Source: Escherichia coli (GTDB taxonomy: Bacteria > Pseudomonadota > Gammaproteobacteria > Enterobacterales > Enterobacteriaceae). From it: DNA of 64,000 nt. The notes beneath the pieces are model-generated. The model was not told the DNA's origin. It saw only the letters and a list, made by a program, of their open reading frames with translations, and did not search any database. Position 1 is the first letter of the stretch, and the number at the start of each line of letters is the position of its first letter. Position numbers and translations under genes: made by a program. Positions 12,055 through 27,121 of the stretch are shown here, one piece after another. The stretch is from assembly GCF_013315695.1 (NCBI RefSeq), contig NZ_CP054353.1; one strand, 5' to 3'.

Positions 12055-13506
12055 TTAGCACAACGGGCGTACTGCTTCGCGCATCCCTTTTTCGAGAATC
12101 GCATCCAGGTCATTAGCCACCTGCTCGACCAGACCAGGCACTTGCGTCAGGTCCTGCTTCCAGTGGTCTTTTTCTGCCAACACAATCGCTACCAGTTCCT
12201 GGGTACCTATAACACGGTCACGATGCTGACTCCAGAGTTGCTGATAACGTTCCAGCCAGTGAGCATCGTCCTGTACCGGATATGTTTCTCCATTACGCTC
12301 ACCGCGATAGAACGCAATCAATGCCGCTAATGCGAAAGTAAGGCGCGCCGGAAGTGTGCCGTTTGCCTTCTGCCCTGCCAGTAGCTGCGGCAGGATGCGG
12401 GTACGGAACTTGGTCATACCGTTGAGCGCGATAGACAGCAGCTGATGCTTGATGTACGGGTTACGGAAACGCCCGGTGACTGCACTGGCGAAAGACTCCA
12501 GTTCATCGCGAGGCAAATCCAGAACCGGAATAATTTCTTCGTAGATGGCTTTCTCAACGAATGCGCAAATTTCAGCATCGTTCATCGCTTCACCTACGGT
12601 ATCCAGCCCTGCCTGGAACGCCACCGGCACCAGCGCGGTGTGTGCACCGTTGAGTATTGCCACTTTGCGTTCTTTATACGGTTTAATATCGTCAACAATC
12701 AGCACGTTGAGCGGATATTTGTCCAGACGCAGTTCAGTCGCTAAGGATTTCGGCCCCTGAATCACAAACAGGTAAAAGTGTTCAGCGGTGTCGAGGAAAC
12801 CATCGTGATAACCCAGTTCTTCTTCCAGTTTAGCCACTTCATCACGCGGATAACCGGTAACGATACGGTCCACCAGCGTAGAACAGAAGCTGTTAGCCTG
12901 ATCCAGCCATTGAATAAATGCTTCTGGCAGTGCCCACTCTTGCGCGTAGCGCAGCACCAGTTCACGCAGTGCATCGCCGTTATAGTCGATCAGTTCACAT
13001 GGTATGATGATCCAACCTTTATCCTGCGCTCCGTTGAAATGGCTAAAACGTTCGAACAGCAGACGGGTCAGTTTTGCCGGATAACTTACCGCTGGCGCGT
13101 CATCGAATTTATCGCCCGCATGGTAGCTGATACCCGCTTCGGTGGTGTTAGAGAAAACAAAGCGCATTTCCGGGTTGTGCGCCAGTTTCAGGAATTCATC
13201 GTATTCACTGTAGACGCTGATTTCACGATTAACAGAGCGAATCAGACGCGCGTCGCTGACCGCTTCCCCCTTCTCGTTCAGACCACGGATAATGGTGGTG
13301 TACAGACCATCCTGCGTGCTCAGTGACGGCGGGAATGAAGTTTCAATCGGACGAACAACGACCACGCCAGAATTCAGATCGGTGTGCTCATTCAGGAGAT
13401 CGATTTGCCAGTCAACAAAGGCGCGCAGGAAGTTACCTTCACCAAACTGAATGATACGTTCTGGATACTGTGCACCGGGAAAATCGCGACGATTTAGTGT
13501 TTTCAC
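12055..13506 (-). CDS. uxaB: Altronate oxidoreductase (tagaturonate reductase)
   Basis: 483 aa, mannitol-dehydrogenase family; sequence recognised as UxaB. Confidence 0.9.
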   Translation of the reverse strand: MKTLNRRDFPGAQYPERIIQFGEGNFLRAFVDWQIDLLNEHTDLNSGVVVVRPIETSFPPSLSTQDGLYTTIIRGLNEKGEAVSDARLIRSVNREISVYSEYDEFLKLAHNPEMRFVFSNTTEAGISYHAGDKFDDAPAVSYPAKLTRLLFERFSHFNGAQDKGWIIIPCELIDYNGDALRELVLRYAQEWALPEAFIQWLDQANSFCSTLVDRIVTGYPRDEVAKLEEELGYHDGFLDTAEHFYLFVIQGPKSLATELRLDKYPLNVLIVDDIKPYKERKVAILNGAHTALVPVAFQAGLDTVGEAMNDAEICAFVEKAIYEEIIPVLDLPRDELESFASAVTGRFRNPYIKHQLLSIALNGMTKFRTRILPQLLAGQKANGTLPARLTFALAALIAFYRGERNGETYPVQDDAHWLERYQQLWSQHRDRVIGTQELVAIVLAEKDHWKQDLTQVPGLVEQVANDLDAILEKGMREAVRPLC

Positions 13507-13733
13507 AATGGGTTCCCTTCTGATTAGTCATACAACCTGTTTGAATTGGTACGACAGGTTAGCAAACTTTAATACGCCGAACCCCTGTTTTGATCAACTC
13601 CTGATGATTAATGAGCAGTTTTATGAGAAAAGTGTGGCGCGGATCATGGTTTAATCGAGGAACTACGCCTTTTATTCGCTCAATAAAGTGGTAGAACACA
13701 TTCCATTTAAATCGCTGTGAATGAATAAAGATG

Positions 13734-15152
13734 TCAGACAACTTCCTCACCGTAACGCATAGTGCTGGTACGGTTGCGCCCATCTTTCTTCGAGCGATAC
13801 AGACATGTATCGGCTTCGACCATCAATTTATTAAAGTCATCGGTCAGCGTTCGGTACGATGCGCAACCACTACCGACGCCAATACTTACCGTGAGATAAA
13901 GCGTTTTTTGTTGCCAGGTGAACGGTTGCAGTTCAACGCCTTTACGGATTTTTTCCGCCATTAGCAGACCATCGACAGGATTCACCGATGGCACTGCAAC
14001 AGCAAATTCCTCGCCGCCCATTCGCGCCACCAGCCCCTTATCACCGACAATCTTCTGAATATGCTGGGCAAACACGCTTAACACTTTATCGCCACATTCA
14101 TGTCCATAGTTATCGTTAATGCTTTTGAAATAGTCGATATCAAGCAGCATGACAGTCAGATGTTGTGTCTGTTTCAGCGATGGACTTTTCAGCGCCTCAT
14201 AAAGACCGGACCGTGAGTAAACCTGAGTCAGAAAATCAAAGTCGGCTCGCAGCGCAACTTGCTTCATTAGCGAATTGATCGCTGCCACGCTAAAAGAAAC
14301 CATAATTGGGCATATCGCCATCGTGGCAATACCGAGACGTGCGGAGAACATTTCTGGAATGGAGAATGGCGAACCGACCGAGATATCAATCACCGAATTT
14401 GCCACCAGTACGATTTCCACCGCACCGGTGACAAAGGTCAACAGACATGTTACCTGCGGCGTATAGCGCACTGCACACCAGATTAATGCAGGCAGCGGGA
14501 ACGCCAGACTCCCCGCTCCGCCAATGACTACCGAGGCAATAACCGACACAATAAGCGCGATGGCGGGCATCATCTGTTCTGCTTTAAAGCGCGGCAGCAC
14601 TCCCGGAATAGCCAACGTCAGCATACAAGGCACGATCAACACGCCCGTTGAGAATTGCTCACTGAACCAGTCCGCAAGCAAAGGCCAGAAATCCAGACTA
14701 TCAATACTGACCGAACCAATCGCCCCGACAATAGCGCATAATAATGCGGCAATCAGACAGTAATTAAATAGCCGTAAGGCACTTACTGGCTCATACTTAT
14801 TTTTCCCCAAACGCTTATCCCGCACGACCAGTAAGGCGACGGTAACAATAAACATCATATTGGAGAAATTGATAGCCAGTGAAACCAGCCCCCATTCGGT
14901 GGTTATGGCATCATAAACCAGCATTGCCACATAACTGATCGCATAGTAATGCAGTCGATTAAGCCAGACATAGCGGGCAAACACCCCCGCCATTACGCCA
15001 TTCAGCGGCCAGAAAAGAGAAAGTTCGTGAACCAGCCGTAACTCTGCACCAATGAAATAGAACAGCGTGGTTAGCGCAAAAATAGCGATGCTATTACGTA
15101 GCAGATGACCTTCCAGGAACAAACGGAAAGTTGAAATGGGCTGTACATGCAT
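13734..15152 (-). CDS. dgcF: Membrane-anchored diguanylate cyclase DgcF (YneF)
   Basis: 472 aa; N-terminal membrane domain plus C-terminal GGDEF domain containing GGEEF. Confidence 0.85.
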   Translation of the reverse strand: MHVQPISTFRLFLEGHLLRNSIAIFALTTLFYFIGAELRLVHELSLFWPLNGVMAGVFARYVWLNRLHYYAISYVAMLVYDAITTEWGLVSLAINFSNMMFIVTVALLVVRDKRLGKNKYEPVSALRLFNYCLIAALLCAIVGAIGSVSIDSLDFWPLLADWFSEQFSTGVLIVPCMLTLAIPGVLPRFKAEQMMPAIALIVSVIASVVIGGAGSLAFPLPALIWCAVRYTPQVTCLLTFVTGAVEIVLVANSVIDISVGSPFSIPEMFSARLGIATMAICPIMVSFSVAAINSLMKQVALRADFDFLTQVYSRSGLYEALKSPSLKQTQHLTVMLLDIDYFKSINDNYGHECGDKVLSVFAQHIQKIVGDKGLVARMGGEEFAVAVPSVNPVDGLLMAEKIRKGVELQPFTWQQKTLYLTVSIGVGSGCASYRTLTDDFNKLMVEADTCLYRSKKDGRNRTSTMRYGEEVV

Positions 15153-15290
15153 TAATTATCTGTCCATACAATTGCGGATGGCAATTATCTCAACGTAATA
15201 AGTAAATTCTCATAAAGGATAGCATGTTCGCTGACAGCGGCGGCAAATAAAGATATCCTGGGAATGCTATTTTATCGTTTTCCGCAATTA

Positions 15291-15650
15291 TCATGGCTGA
15301 TTCATCTGTATAACCAACCAGTGATAGATTACCGCCACGATATAACGTTGTTGTTCTTCGCTTAACGAAACACCCTGCGGAATGTTATGCCACTTAGCCA
15401 GACAACCGCGACAACAGGTTGCAGTGGCGTGCTGAGCGATAAACACCGGATGCCCGCGCATGGGGGTTTGCTTACCGTCATTAGTCGGTAATGCCGGAGC
15501 AAGACGTTTAGCGACAAAATCTGCCGCATGTTGTTCAATGACTGGCGCGCCTTTCTCCAGACAATACTGACGCTCTTTCACACCCAAACGAAAGCGAGAG
15601 CGAAATTTTGAACGGGATAAACGCGCGAAGAGTGGATCGAGAGACTGCAT
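15291..15650 (-). CDS. yneG: Uncharacterised protein YneG
   Basis: 119-aa ORF immediately downstream of glsB, stop/start abutting; synteny. Confidence 0.75.
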   Translation of the reverse strand: MQSLDPLFARLSRSKFRSRFRLGVKERQYCLEKGAPVIEQHAADFVAKRLAPALPTNDGKQTPMRGHPVFIAQHATATCCRGCLAKWHNIPQGVSLSEEQQRYIVAVIYHWLVIQMNQP

Positions 15651-16576
15651 TAATAAACTGAACGCCCTAATTGTTTCGTCAATTGTTCAAGGACAGCAAT
15701 GCCCGCAAGCGAGTTACCGGCATCATCCAGTTCCGGGCTCCAGACTGCGATGGCCATTTCATGCGGAACAATCGCCACAATACCGCCACCAACGCCAGAT
15801 TTTGCCGGTAGTCCCACCCGCCAGGCAAACTCCCCCGCGTTCTGGTACATACCACTGGTCGCCATCAGCGCGTTAATTTGCCGCGCCTGCATTGGCGTCA
15901 CCACAGGTTCATCAATATGAATAGCTTTACCCTGATTAGCCAGAAAGACAAACGTCCGGGCCAGCTCTACACAGCTCATTTTCAGAGCGCAGTAATGAAA
16001 GTAGTTTTGCAGAACGGTTGTCACATCATGATGGAAATTGCCAAACGACTTCATCAGCCAGGCGATAGCCGCATTTCGCGCGGAGTGTTCAAATTCGGAA
16101 CGCGCTACCACCGTATCGTAGGAAATATCAGACACACCGCTTAAGCCGCGCACGACTTCCAGCATACGTTGCCGAGGAGCGCTTAATCGCCCTTGCAACA
16201 TATCGCAGACCACCAGCGCACCGGCATTAATAAACGGATTACGCGGAATACCCTGCTCCATTTCCAGTTGCACTAAAGAATTGAACGGTGATCCAGACGG
16301 ATCTTTGCCGACGCGTTGCCAGATTTCCTCTTCGGAGTAATGACGCATGGCGACAACGAGACTCAGCACTTTGGAAATAGACTGAATGGAAAAACGTTCT
16401 TGCGCGTCTCCGGCCTGAAAAAGCTGTCCGTCAACGGTACAGATAGCAATCCCCAATCGGGAACCGTCTACCGTAGCCAGCGCCGGAATATAATCCGCGA
16501 CTTTACCCTGACCAATGAGCGGCCGCACTTGCCGCAAGATGTTTTCTAAAATTGCATTATCCATGGCGACTGCCAC
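15650..16576 (-). CDS. glsB: Glutaminase 2
   Basis: 308-aa serine-dependent glutaminase family protein; synteny. Confidence 0.9.
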   Translation of the reverse strand: MAVAMDNAILENILRQVRPLIGQGKVADYIPALATVDGSRLGIAICTVDGQLFQAGDAQERFSIQSISKVLSLVVAMRHYSEEEIWQRVGKDPSGSPFNSLVQLEMEQGIPRNPFINAGALVVCDMLQGRLSAPRQRMLEVVRGLSGVSDISYDTVVARSEFEHSARNAAIAWLMKSFGNFHHDVTTVLQNYFHYCALKMSCVELARTFVFLANQGKAIHIDEPVVTPMQARQINALMATSGMYQNAGEFAWRVGLPAKSGVGGGIVAIVPHEMAIAVWSPELDDAGNSLAGIAVLEQLTKQLGRSVY

Positions 16577-16639
16577 TTTCTACTCCTGGACCGCAGGTCT
16601 GAAAAGACCTGCGAGTATATCAGAGCTGAATATATAGCG

Positions 16640-18028
16640 TCAGACCCGGTCTTTCCACACCGTCTGGATATTACAGAATTCGTGTAAGCCAAAATGGGAA
16701 AGCTCACGCCCAAAGCCACTCTTCTTCACGCCACCAAAGGCCACTCGCGCATCGCTGGCACAATAACCATTGATAAACACCCCACCGCATTCCAGACGTG
16801 CCGCCATCTGTCTGGCCTGTGTTTCGTCAGTGGTAAAAATGGTCGCTGAAAGGCCGAACTCGCTATCATTAGCCAGTTCCAGTGCATGTTCTGCATCTTT
16901 CGCAATGGTGATTGCCGCAACGGGGCCAAACATTTCTTCCCGAAACGCGGTCATTTCTGGGGTAACATTCGCCAGAACCGTTGGCGGATAGTAGTTACCT
17001 GCCCCAGCCATCTTTTCCCCGCCCAGTAACAAACGCGCACCCTGCGCCAGGGTTTTCTCCACCTGATGATGCAGCTCATCACGTAAATCAAAACGAGCCA
17101 TTGGTCCGAGAGTGTTCTCTTCGTCACGGGGATCGCCCATTTTCAAGGCTGCCGCAGCTGCCACAAAACGTTCGGTAAATGCCGAAGCAATTCCCTCTTC
17201 GATGATAAAGCGTTTTGCCGCTGCACAAACCTGTCCGGTATTCTGATAACGTCCGGCTACCGCCGCTTTAACCGCCAGTTCCAGATCGGCATCGTTAAGC
17301 ACAATAAATGGATCCGAACCGCCAAGTTCCAGTACGCATTTTTTCAGTGCCGCTCCAGCCTGTGCGCCAATAGCCGCTCCCGCACGAACACTTCCGGTCA
17401 CCGTGACAGCAGCAATGCGCGAGTCTTTAATCATCTGACTGACGCCGTCGTTGTCGGCATTCAGCCAGCCATATACGCCTTGTGGGATACCCGCATCTTT
17501 AAACACCTGGGCAATGAGCTGTGCACAGCCCATCACATTCGGCGCATGTTTAAGTAAGTAGCCGTTACCTGCAAGAATGATGGGAACCGCGCCACGCATC
17601 ACCTGCCATAACGGAAAATTCCACGGCATAATCGCCAGAATTGTCCCCAACGGTCGATACTCAATAACTGCCTGCTGATTTTCCACCAGCGCAGGTTCCG
17701 CCTTCAGCATTGCCGGACCATGTTCTGCATACCAGTCACACAAATTCGCCGATTTCGCCACTTCAGCGCGCGCCTGGTTGATTGGTTTGCCCATTTCACG
17801 GGTGATCATTTGCGCCATTTCTTCGCTACGGACACGCAGAGCCTTACCGATATCACGCAGTTTTTCAGCACGATAATCTATATTTGTCTCGCGCCAGTCG
17901 CGAAAGCCTGCTGCCGCCAGCTGAAGTGCGTTTTCGATATCATCAGCGCCAGCCCACGGCAGCACAGAAAGTTGTTCACCGGTGGCAGGATTTATCGAAA
18001 TTGCATGAGTTGCCGGAGTAATGGTCAT
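16640..18028 (-). CDS. sad: NAD-dependent succinate-semialdehyde dehydrogenase
   Basis: 462-aa aldehyde dehydrogenase family; synteny (yneI). Confidence 0.9.
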   Translation of the reverse strand: MTITPATHAISINPATGEQLSVLPWAGADDIENALQLAAAGFRDWRETNIDYRAEKLRDIGKALRVRSEEMAQMITREMGKPINQARAEVAKSANLCDWYAEHGPAMLKAEPALVENQQAVIEYRPLGTILAIMPWNFPLWQVMRGAVPIILAGNGYLLKHAPNVMGCAQLIAQVFKDAGIPQGVYGWLNADNDGVSQMIKDSRIAAVTVTGSVRAGAAIGAQAGAALKKCVLELGGSDPFIVLNDADLELAVKAAVAGRYQNTGQVCAAAKRFIIEEGIASAFTERFVAAAAALKMGDPRDEENTLGPMARFDLRDELHHQVEKTLAQGARLLLGGEKMAGAGNYYPPTVLANVTPEMTAFREEMFGPVAAITIAKDAEHALELANDSEFGLSATIFTTDETQARQMAARLECGGVFINGYCASDARVAFGGVKKSGFGRELSHFGLHEFCNIQTVWKDRV

Positions 18029-18128
18029 CGGGGTATCTCCTTTATGGGTTATGGTAAAAAGATACGTAGATTTACTCTTGCTTGAAAATGAATAATATTA
18101 AGCCACTTATTCACGAATCGAGAATATT

Positions 18129-19010
18129 ATGGATCTGACCCAACTGGAGATGTTCAACGCGGTTGCCGAAGCTGGCAGCATTACCCAGGCTGCAGCAAAA
18201 GTGCATCGCGTGCCGTCGAATCTCACTACCCGTCTACGCCAGCTGGAAACAGAACTGGGGGTTGATCTGTTTATTCGCGAGAATCAGCGTTTACGTCTCT
18301 CGCCTGCCGGGCATAACTTTTTACGCTATAGCCAACAAATTCTCGCGTTAGTGGATGAAGCGCGGAGCGTTGTCGCTGGCGATGAGCCGCAAGGTTTATT
18401 TTCTCTTGGTTCGCTGGAAAGCACCGCAGCAGTACGCATTCCGGCCACGCTGGCGGAATTTAACCGTCGATATCCCAAAATTCAGTTTTCACTTTCCACC
18501 GGCCCTTCCGGCACTATGCTGGAAGGGGTGCTGGAGGGAAAACTGAATGCAGCGTTTATTGATGGGCCCATTAACCATACTGCCATTGACGGGATACCGG
18601 TCTACCGCGAGGAGCTGATGATCGTCACGTCACAAGGACATGCGCCAGTAACCCGCGCCAGTCAGGTTAATGGCAGTAACATTTATGCCTTCCGCGCCAA
18701 TTGTTCGTATCGTCGCCACTTCGAGAGCTGGTTTCATGCTGACGGTGCCGCTCCGGGAACTATCCATGAGATGGAGTCTTATCACGGAATGTTGGCCTGT
18801 GTGGTCGCAGGAGCAGGTATTGCGCTTATTCCGCGTTCTATGCTGGAAAGTATGCCGGGGCATCACCAGGTTGAAGCGTGGCCGTTAGCTGAGCAATGGC
18901 GTTGGTTAACAACCTGGCTGGTCTGGCGTCGTGGTGCGAAAACGCGTCCGCTCGAGGCATTTATTCAACTGCTGGATGTGCCTGACTCGGCAAAACAGGG
19001 TTACCAATGA
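18129..19010 (+). CDS. yneJ: LysR-family transcriptional regulator YneJ
   Basis: 293 aa with N-terminal LysR HTH; divergent from sad. Confidence 0.85.
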   Translation: MDLTQLEMFNAVAEAGSITQAAAKVHRVPSNLTTRLRQLETELGVDLFIRENQRLRLSPAGHNFLRYSQQILALVDEARSVVAGDEPQGLFSLGSLESTAAVRIPATLAEFNRRYPKIQFSLSTGPSGTMLEGVLEGKLNAAFIDGPINHTAIDGIPVYREELMIVTSQGHAPVTRASQVNGSNIYAFRANCSYRRHFESWFHADGAAPGTIHEMESYHGMLACVVAGAGIALIPRSMLESMPGHHQVEAWPLAEQWRWLTTWLVWRRGAKTRPLEAFIQLLDVPDSAKQGYQ

Positions 19011-19087
19011 GCTATTTTTGATAGTTCTTGCGGCTAATATGCTCTATATAGTGATGTTCCGATGACTTATGACTATATGGGGCAAAT

Positions 19088-20203
19088 ATGGTTACGCCAG
19101 TAAGCATCAGCAATTACATATCTCTTCCTGATGATTTTCCCGTACGTAATATTGCACCGCAGGTAAAAGAAGTTTTAAAGGATTTCATTGATGCACTTAG
19201 TACAATAATATGTGATGAAGAGTGGCGCACGTCTTTAAACATCAACTCAGCCACAAAAAAGATATTTAATAACCTTGACAACTTATCATATATTCAGAGG
19301 ACTTCTTTTCGGGGTAACGACACGCTATACAATGAAAAGGTTCAGTTTAAACTCACTTATCCCGTCAAGAATGGAAGACACAAAGAAAATATTGAATTTC
19401 AGGTAGTAATAAATTTAAGCCCTATTTATTTAGATAATTTCCGCCATGATGGGGAAATTAATATTTTTTGCGCTCCCAACCCAAAGCCTGTCACTATGGG
19501 GCGCGTATTTCAGACCGGCGTCGAGCGTGTGCTCTTTCTGTTTCTGAATGACTTTATAGAACAATTTCCAATGATCAACCCTGGCGTTCCTATCAAAAGA
19601 GCGCATACGCCACATATTGAACCCCTGCATCCGGATCACCATACCGCTGCAGATTACATACGCCAGTTTGATTTGCTTGTCCTGAATTTTATCTCTCGCG
19701 GTAATTTTGTCATACTCCCCCGATTATGGAATAACTCTGAGGTTCACAGATGGTTCGGGAATAAAGAACCTAACTTGCTCACCGCTATTCTCGACATAAC
19801 GGACAGCGAATTAAAAGAGGATTTATTGCAAAGTCTGATGGATTCACTAGGTTCTAACAAACATGTACTACCCGAAGTCTGCATCTGCTTTTTATCCCTT
19901 TTAGCAGAACAAGATTTTCCACATTTTCAGGAGTTGTTTTTATTTTTCGCCAATATGTTATTGCACTATCACCAATTTATGAATCCCAATGAAAGTGATT
20001 TGATTGACGTGTTGATGCCAGCATCATTAAGTGATGATAAAATTATCAAACATATGGCGCGCAAGACCCTCAAACTTTTTGTAAAAAATGAAACGCCGCC
20101 AAAAGTTACTCATGAAGACCTGGTGAAAAACAGGCCTCGCTCCCCTGTCAGACCACCTATACCCGCAACCTCCAAAACGCCAGACCTCCCTGAACGTCAT
20201 TAA
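19088..20203 (+). CDS. yneK: Uncharacterised protein YneK
   Basis: 371-aa ORF at the yneK position; no recognisable domain by eye. Confidence 0.7.
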   Translation: MVTPVSISNYISLPDDFPVRNIAPQVKEVLKDFIDALSTIICDEEWRTSLNINSATKKIFNNLDNLSYIQRTSFRGNDTLYNEKVQFKLTYPVKNGRHKENIEFQVVINLSPIYLDNFRHDGEINIFCAPNPKPVTMGRVFQTGVERVLFLFLNDFIEQFPMINPGVPIKRAHTPHIEPLHPDHHTAADYIRQFDLLVLNFISRGNFVILPRLWNNSEVHRWFGNKEPNLLTAILDITDSELKEDLLQSLMDSLGSNKHVLPEVCICFLSLLAEQDFPHFQELFLFFANMLLHYHQFMNPNESDLIDVLMPASLSDDKIIKHMARKTLKLFVKNETPPKVTHEDLVKNRPRSPVRPPIPATSKTPDLPERH

Positions 20204-20352
20204 ACCGTGATGTGACCGACTCTCTGACGCGTGAAAGAATCAGCGTCAGAGAAACGGAAAACGCGATCCAGATCACAAATGCATTGTATTCACATCATTA
20301 ACCGTTTTAAGATCATTTCATCACTTTTTCGCAACTCACCCGATAATCTGTT

Positions 20353-21543
20353 ATGACAACAAACACTGTTTCCCGCAAAGTGGCGTGGCTACGGGTCGTT
20401 ACGCTGGCAGTCGCCGCCTTCATCTTCAACACCACCGAATTTGTCCCAGTTGGCCTGCTCTCTGACATTGCGCAAAGTTTTCACATGCAAACCGCTCAGG
20501 TCGGCATTATGTTGACCATTTACGCATGGGTAGTAGCGCTAATGTCATTGCCTTTTATGTTAATGACCAGCCAGGTTGAACGGCGCAAATTACTGATCTG
20601 CCTGTTTGTGGTGTTTATTGCCAGCCACGTACTGTCGTTTTTATCGTGGAGTTTTACCGTTCTGGTGATCAGTCGCATTGGTGTGGCTTTTGCACATGCG
20701 ATTTTCTGGTCGATTACGGCGTCTCTGGCGATCCGTATGGCTCCGGCCGGGAAGCGAGCACAGGCATTGAGTTTAATTGCCACCGGTACTGCACTGGCGA
20801 TGGTCTTAGGTTTACCTCTCGGGCGCATTGTGGGGCAGTATTTCGGTTGGCGAATGACCTTCTTCGCGATTGGTATCGGGGCGCTTATCACCCTTTTGTG
20901 CCTGATTAAGTTACTTCCCTTACTGCCCAGTGAGCATTCCGGTTCGCTGAAAAGCCTCCCGCTATTATTCCGCCGCCCGGCATTGATGAGCATTTATTTG
21001 TTAACTGTGGTAGTTGTCACCGCCCATTACACGGCATACAGCTATATCGAGCCTTTTGTGCAAAACATTGCGGGATTCAGCGCCAACTTTGCCACGGCAT
21101 TACTGTTATTACTCGGTGGTGCGGGCATTATTGGCAGCGTGATTTTCGGTAAACTGGGTAATCAGTATGCGTCTACGCTGGTAAGTACGGCGATTGCGCT
21201 GTTGCTGGTGTGCCTGGCACTGCTGCTACCTGCGGCGAACAGTGAAATACACCTCGGGGTGCTGAGTATTTTCTGGGGGATCGCGATGATGATCATCGGG
21301 CTTGGTATGCAGGTTAAAGTGCTGGCGCTGGCACCAGATGCTACCGACGTCGCGATGGCGCTATTCTCCGGGATATTTAATATTGGAATCGGCGCGGGTG
21401 CGTTGGTAGGTAATCAGGTCAGTCTGCACTGGTCAATGTCGATGATTGGTTATGTGGGCGCGGTGCCTGCTTTTGCCGCGTTAATATGGTCAATCATCAT
21501 TTTCCGCCGCTGGCCAGTGACACTCGAAGAACAGACGCAATAG
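20353..21543 (+). CDS. ydeA: MFS sugar efflux transporter YdeA
   Basis: 396-aa 12-TM MFS protein; synteny. Confidence 0.85.
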   Translation: MTTNTVSRKVAWLRVVTLAVAAFIFNTTEFVPVGLLSDIAQSFHMQTAQVGIMLTIYAWVVALMSLPFMLMTSQVERRKLLICLFVVFIASHVLSFLSWSFTVLVISRIGVAFAHAIFWSITASLAIRMAPAGKRAQALSLIATGTALAMVLGLPLGRIVGQYFGWRMTFFAIGIGALITLLCLIKLLPLLPSEHSGSLKSLPLLFRRPALMSIYLLTVVVVTAHYTAYSYIEPFVQNIAGFSANFATALLLLLGGAGIIGSVIFGKLGNQYASTLVSTAIALLLVCLALLLPAANSEIHLGVLSIFWGIAMMIIGLGMQVKVLALAPDATDVAMALFSGIFNIGIGAGALVGNQVSLHWSMSMIGYVGAVPAFAALIWSIIIFRRWPVTLEEQTQ

Positions 21544-21545
21544 TT

Positions 21546-21572
21546 GAAAGGCCCATTCGGGCCTTTTTTAGT
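21546..21572 (+). terminator. Rho-independent terminator after ydeA
   Basis: Stem aaaggccc/gggccttt followed by a T-run. Confidence 0.6.
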
Positions 21573-22233
21573 GGTACGTTTTAATGATTTCCAGGATGCC
21601 GTTAATAATAAACTGCACCCCCATACATACCAGCAGGAATCCCATCAGACGGGAGATCGCTTCAATGCCCCCCTTACCCACCAGCCGCATAATTGCGCCA
21701 GAGCTGCGTAGACTTCCCCACAAAATAACCGCCACCAGGAAAAAGATCAGCGGCGGCGCAACCATCAGTACCCAATCAGCAAAGGTTGAACTCTGACGCA
21801 CTGTGGAGGCCGAGCTAATAATCATCGCTATGGTTCCCGGACCCGCGGTACTTGGCATTGCCAGTGGTACAAAAGCAATATTGGCGCTGGGTTCATCTTC
21901 CAGCTCTTCCGACTTGCTTTTCGCTTCCGGTGAATCAATCGCTTTCTGTTGCGGAAAGAGCATCCGAAAACCGATAAACGCGACGATTAAGCCGCCTGCA
22001 ATTCGCAGACCGGGAATCGAAATGCCAAATGTATCCATCACCAGTTGCCCGGCGTAATACGCCACCATCATGATGGCAAATACGTACACCGAGGCCATCA
22101 ACGACTGACGATTACGTTCAGCACTGTTCATGTTGCCTGCCAGGCCAAGAAATAACGCGACAGTTGTTAATGGGTTAGCTAACGGTAGTAACACCACCAG
22201 CCCCAGGCCTATTGCTTTAAACAAATCTAACAT
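21568..22233 (-). CDS. marC: MarC inner membrane protein
   Basis: 221-aa membrane protein divergent from marRAB. Confidence 0.9.
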   Translation of the reverse strand: MLDLFKAIGLGLVVLLPLANPLTTVALFLGLAGNMNSAERNRQSLMASVYVFAIMMVAYYAGQLVMDTFGISIPGLRIAGGLIVAFIGFRMLFPQQKAIDSPEAKSKSEELEDEPSANIAFVPLAMPSTAGPGTIAMIISSASTVRQSSTFADWVLMVAPPLIFFLVAVILWGSLRSSGAIMRLVGKGGIEAISRLMGFLLVCMGVQFIINGILEIIKTYH

Positions 22234-22444
22234 TGGTGGTTGTTATCCTGTGTATCTGGTTTATCAGCGAAAAGTATAAGGGGTAAACAACGATAAAGTG
22301 TCACTCTTTAGCTAACCTTGCATCGCATTGACCAAAACTTGAACCGATTTAGCAAAACGTGGCATCGGTCAATTCATTCATTTGACTTATACTTGCCTGG
22401 GCAATATTATCCCCTGCAACTAATTACTTGCCAGGGCAACTAAT
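22234..22444 (+). promoter_or_regulatory. marO: marO: marbox, PmarRAB -35/-10 and two MarR operator sites
   Basis: marbox ATTTAGCAAAACGTGGCATC at 22347-22366; -35 TTGACT 22382-22387; -10 TATTAT 22405-22410; MarR palindromes TTGCCTGGGCAA (site I) and TTGCCAGGGCAA (site II) at about 22392-22403 and 22428-22439. Confidence 0.9.
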
Positions 22445-22879
22445 GTGAAAAGTACCAGCGATCTGTTCAATGAAATTATTCCATTGGGTCGCTTAATCCA
22501 TATGGTTAATCAGAAGAAAGATCGCCTGCTTAACGAGTATCTGTCTCCGCTGGATATTACCGCGGCACAGTTTAAGGTGCTCTGCTCTATCCGCTGCGCG
22601 GCGTGTATTACTCCGGTTGAACTGAAAAAGGTATTGTCGGTCGACCTGGGGGCGCTGACCCGTATGCTGGATCGCCTGGTCTGTAAAGGCTGGGTGGAAA
22701 GGTTGCCGAACCCGAATGACAAGCGCGGCGTACTGGTAAAACTTACCACCAGCGGCGCGGCAATATGTGAACAATGCCATCAATTAGTTGGCCAGGACCT
22801 GCATCAAGAATTAACAAAAAACCTGACGGCGGACGAAGTGGCAACACTTGAGCATTTGCTTAAGAAAGTCCTGCCGTAA
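22445..22879 (+). CDS. marR: MarR repressor (GTG start)
   Basis: 144-aa winged-helix repressor; sequence recognised. Confidence 0.95.
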
Positions 22880-22899
22880 ACAAAAAAAGAGGTATGACG

Positions 22900-23283
22900 A
22901 TGTCCAGACGCAATACTGACGCTATTACCATTCATAGCATTTTGGACTGGATCGAGGACAACCTGGAATCGCCACTGTCACTGGAGAAAGTGTCAGAGCG
23001 TTCGGGTTACTCCAAATGGCACCTGCAACGGATGTTTAAAAAAGAAACCGGTCATTCATTAGGCCAATACATCCGCAGCCGTAAGATGACGGAAATCGCG
23101 CAAAAGCTGAAGGAAAGTAACGAGCCGATACTCTATCTGGCAGAACGATATGGCTTCGAGTCGCAACAAACTCTGACCCGAACCTTCAAAAATTACTTTG
23201 ATGTTCCGCCACATAAATACCGGATGACCAATATGCAGGGCGAATCGCGCTTTTTACATCCATTAAATCATTACAACAGCTAG
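22900..23283 (+). CDS. marA: MarA AraC-family activator
   Basis: Translation [70 protein letters not shown]... recognised (ORF track begins 6 nt earlier). Confidence 0.95.
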
Positions 23284-23314
23284 TTGATAACGTGACAACG
23301 TCACTGAGGCAATC

Positions 23315-23533
23315 ATGAAACCACTTTTATCCGCAATTGCAGCTGCGCTTATTCTCTTTTCCACGCAGGGCATTGCGGAACAAACCACGCAGCCGGTTGT
23401 TACTTCCTGTGCCAATGTCGTGGTTGTTCCCCCATCGCAGGAACAACCACCGTTTGATTTAAATCACATGGGTACTGGCAGTGATAAGTCGGATGCGCTC
23501 GGCGTGCCCTATTATAATCAACACGCTATGTAG
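23315..23533 (+). CDS. marB: MarB periplasmic protein
   Basis: 72 aa with signal peptide; last gene of marRAB. Confidence 0.9.
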   Translation: MKPLLSAIAAALILFSTQGIAEQTTQPVVTSCANVVVVPPSQEQPPFDLNHMGTGSDKSDALGVPYYNQHAM

Positions 23534-23589
23534 TTATTGTCAGGCTCTGATCACAGAGCCTGACATCTCCGTAATATCTTTTTGAAGTC

Positions 23590-26730
<3,141 letters not shown>

Positions 26731-26782
26731 TTATCCTTAAGAGTGTAATAATTTCCTCCAGCTATCGCACTGGAGGAAAAAA

Positions 26783-27100
26783 TCAGGCATGGAGCTCTTT
26801 TCTTAATGAAATGATTTCCCTGGCTAAATCCTGGCATAATATTGCATTCATCAAATGATCCTGTGCATGTACCAGAATGAGATTAACTTTTATTTTGCCA
26901 CAGCCTTCATCCTGACTAATTAACGCGGTCTGAATCTTATGCGCCTGAAGACAGGCGGATTCAGAACTGGCCATTAGCTGAGTTGCGCCCTGCCAGTCTT
27001 TTTGCCCGGCACAACGTATGGCTTCCATCGCATCAGAACGGGCCTGTCCTGCGTTGACCAGTAACTCCATAACAAGTTCTTCATCTGCAAACATCAACAT
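26783..27100 (-). CDS. PTS lactose/cellobiose-family EIIA
   Basis: 105-aa helical IIA resembling ChbA. Confidence 0.8.
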   Translation of the reverse strand: MLMFADEELVMELLVNAGQARSDAMEAIRCAGQKDWQGATQLMASSESACLQAHKIQTALISQDEGCGKIKVNLILVHAQDHLMNAILCQDLAREIISLRKELHA

Positions 27101-27121
27101 CTCCTTCCTGTGTAAATGGCA

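Noticed and set aside
16577-16639. Hairpin between glsB and sad as a terminator
   Set aside because: Stable stem (cgcaggtc/gacctgcg) but no T-run on either strand; could be a REP-like or attenuator structure, not assignable.
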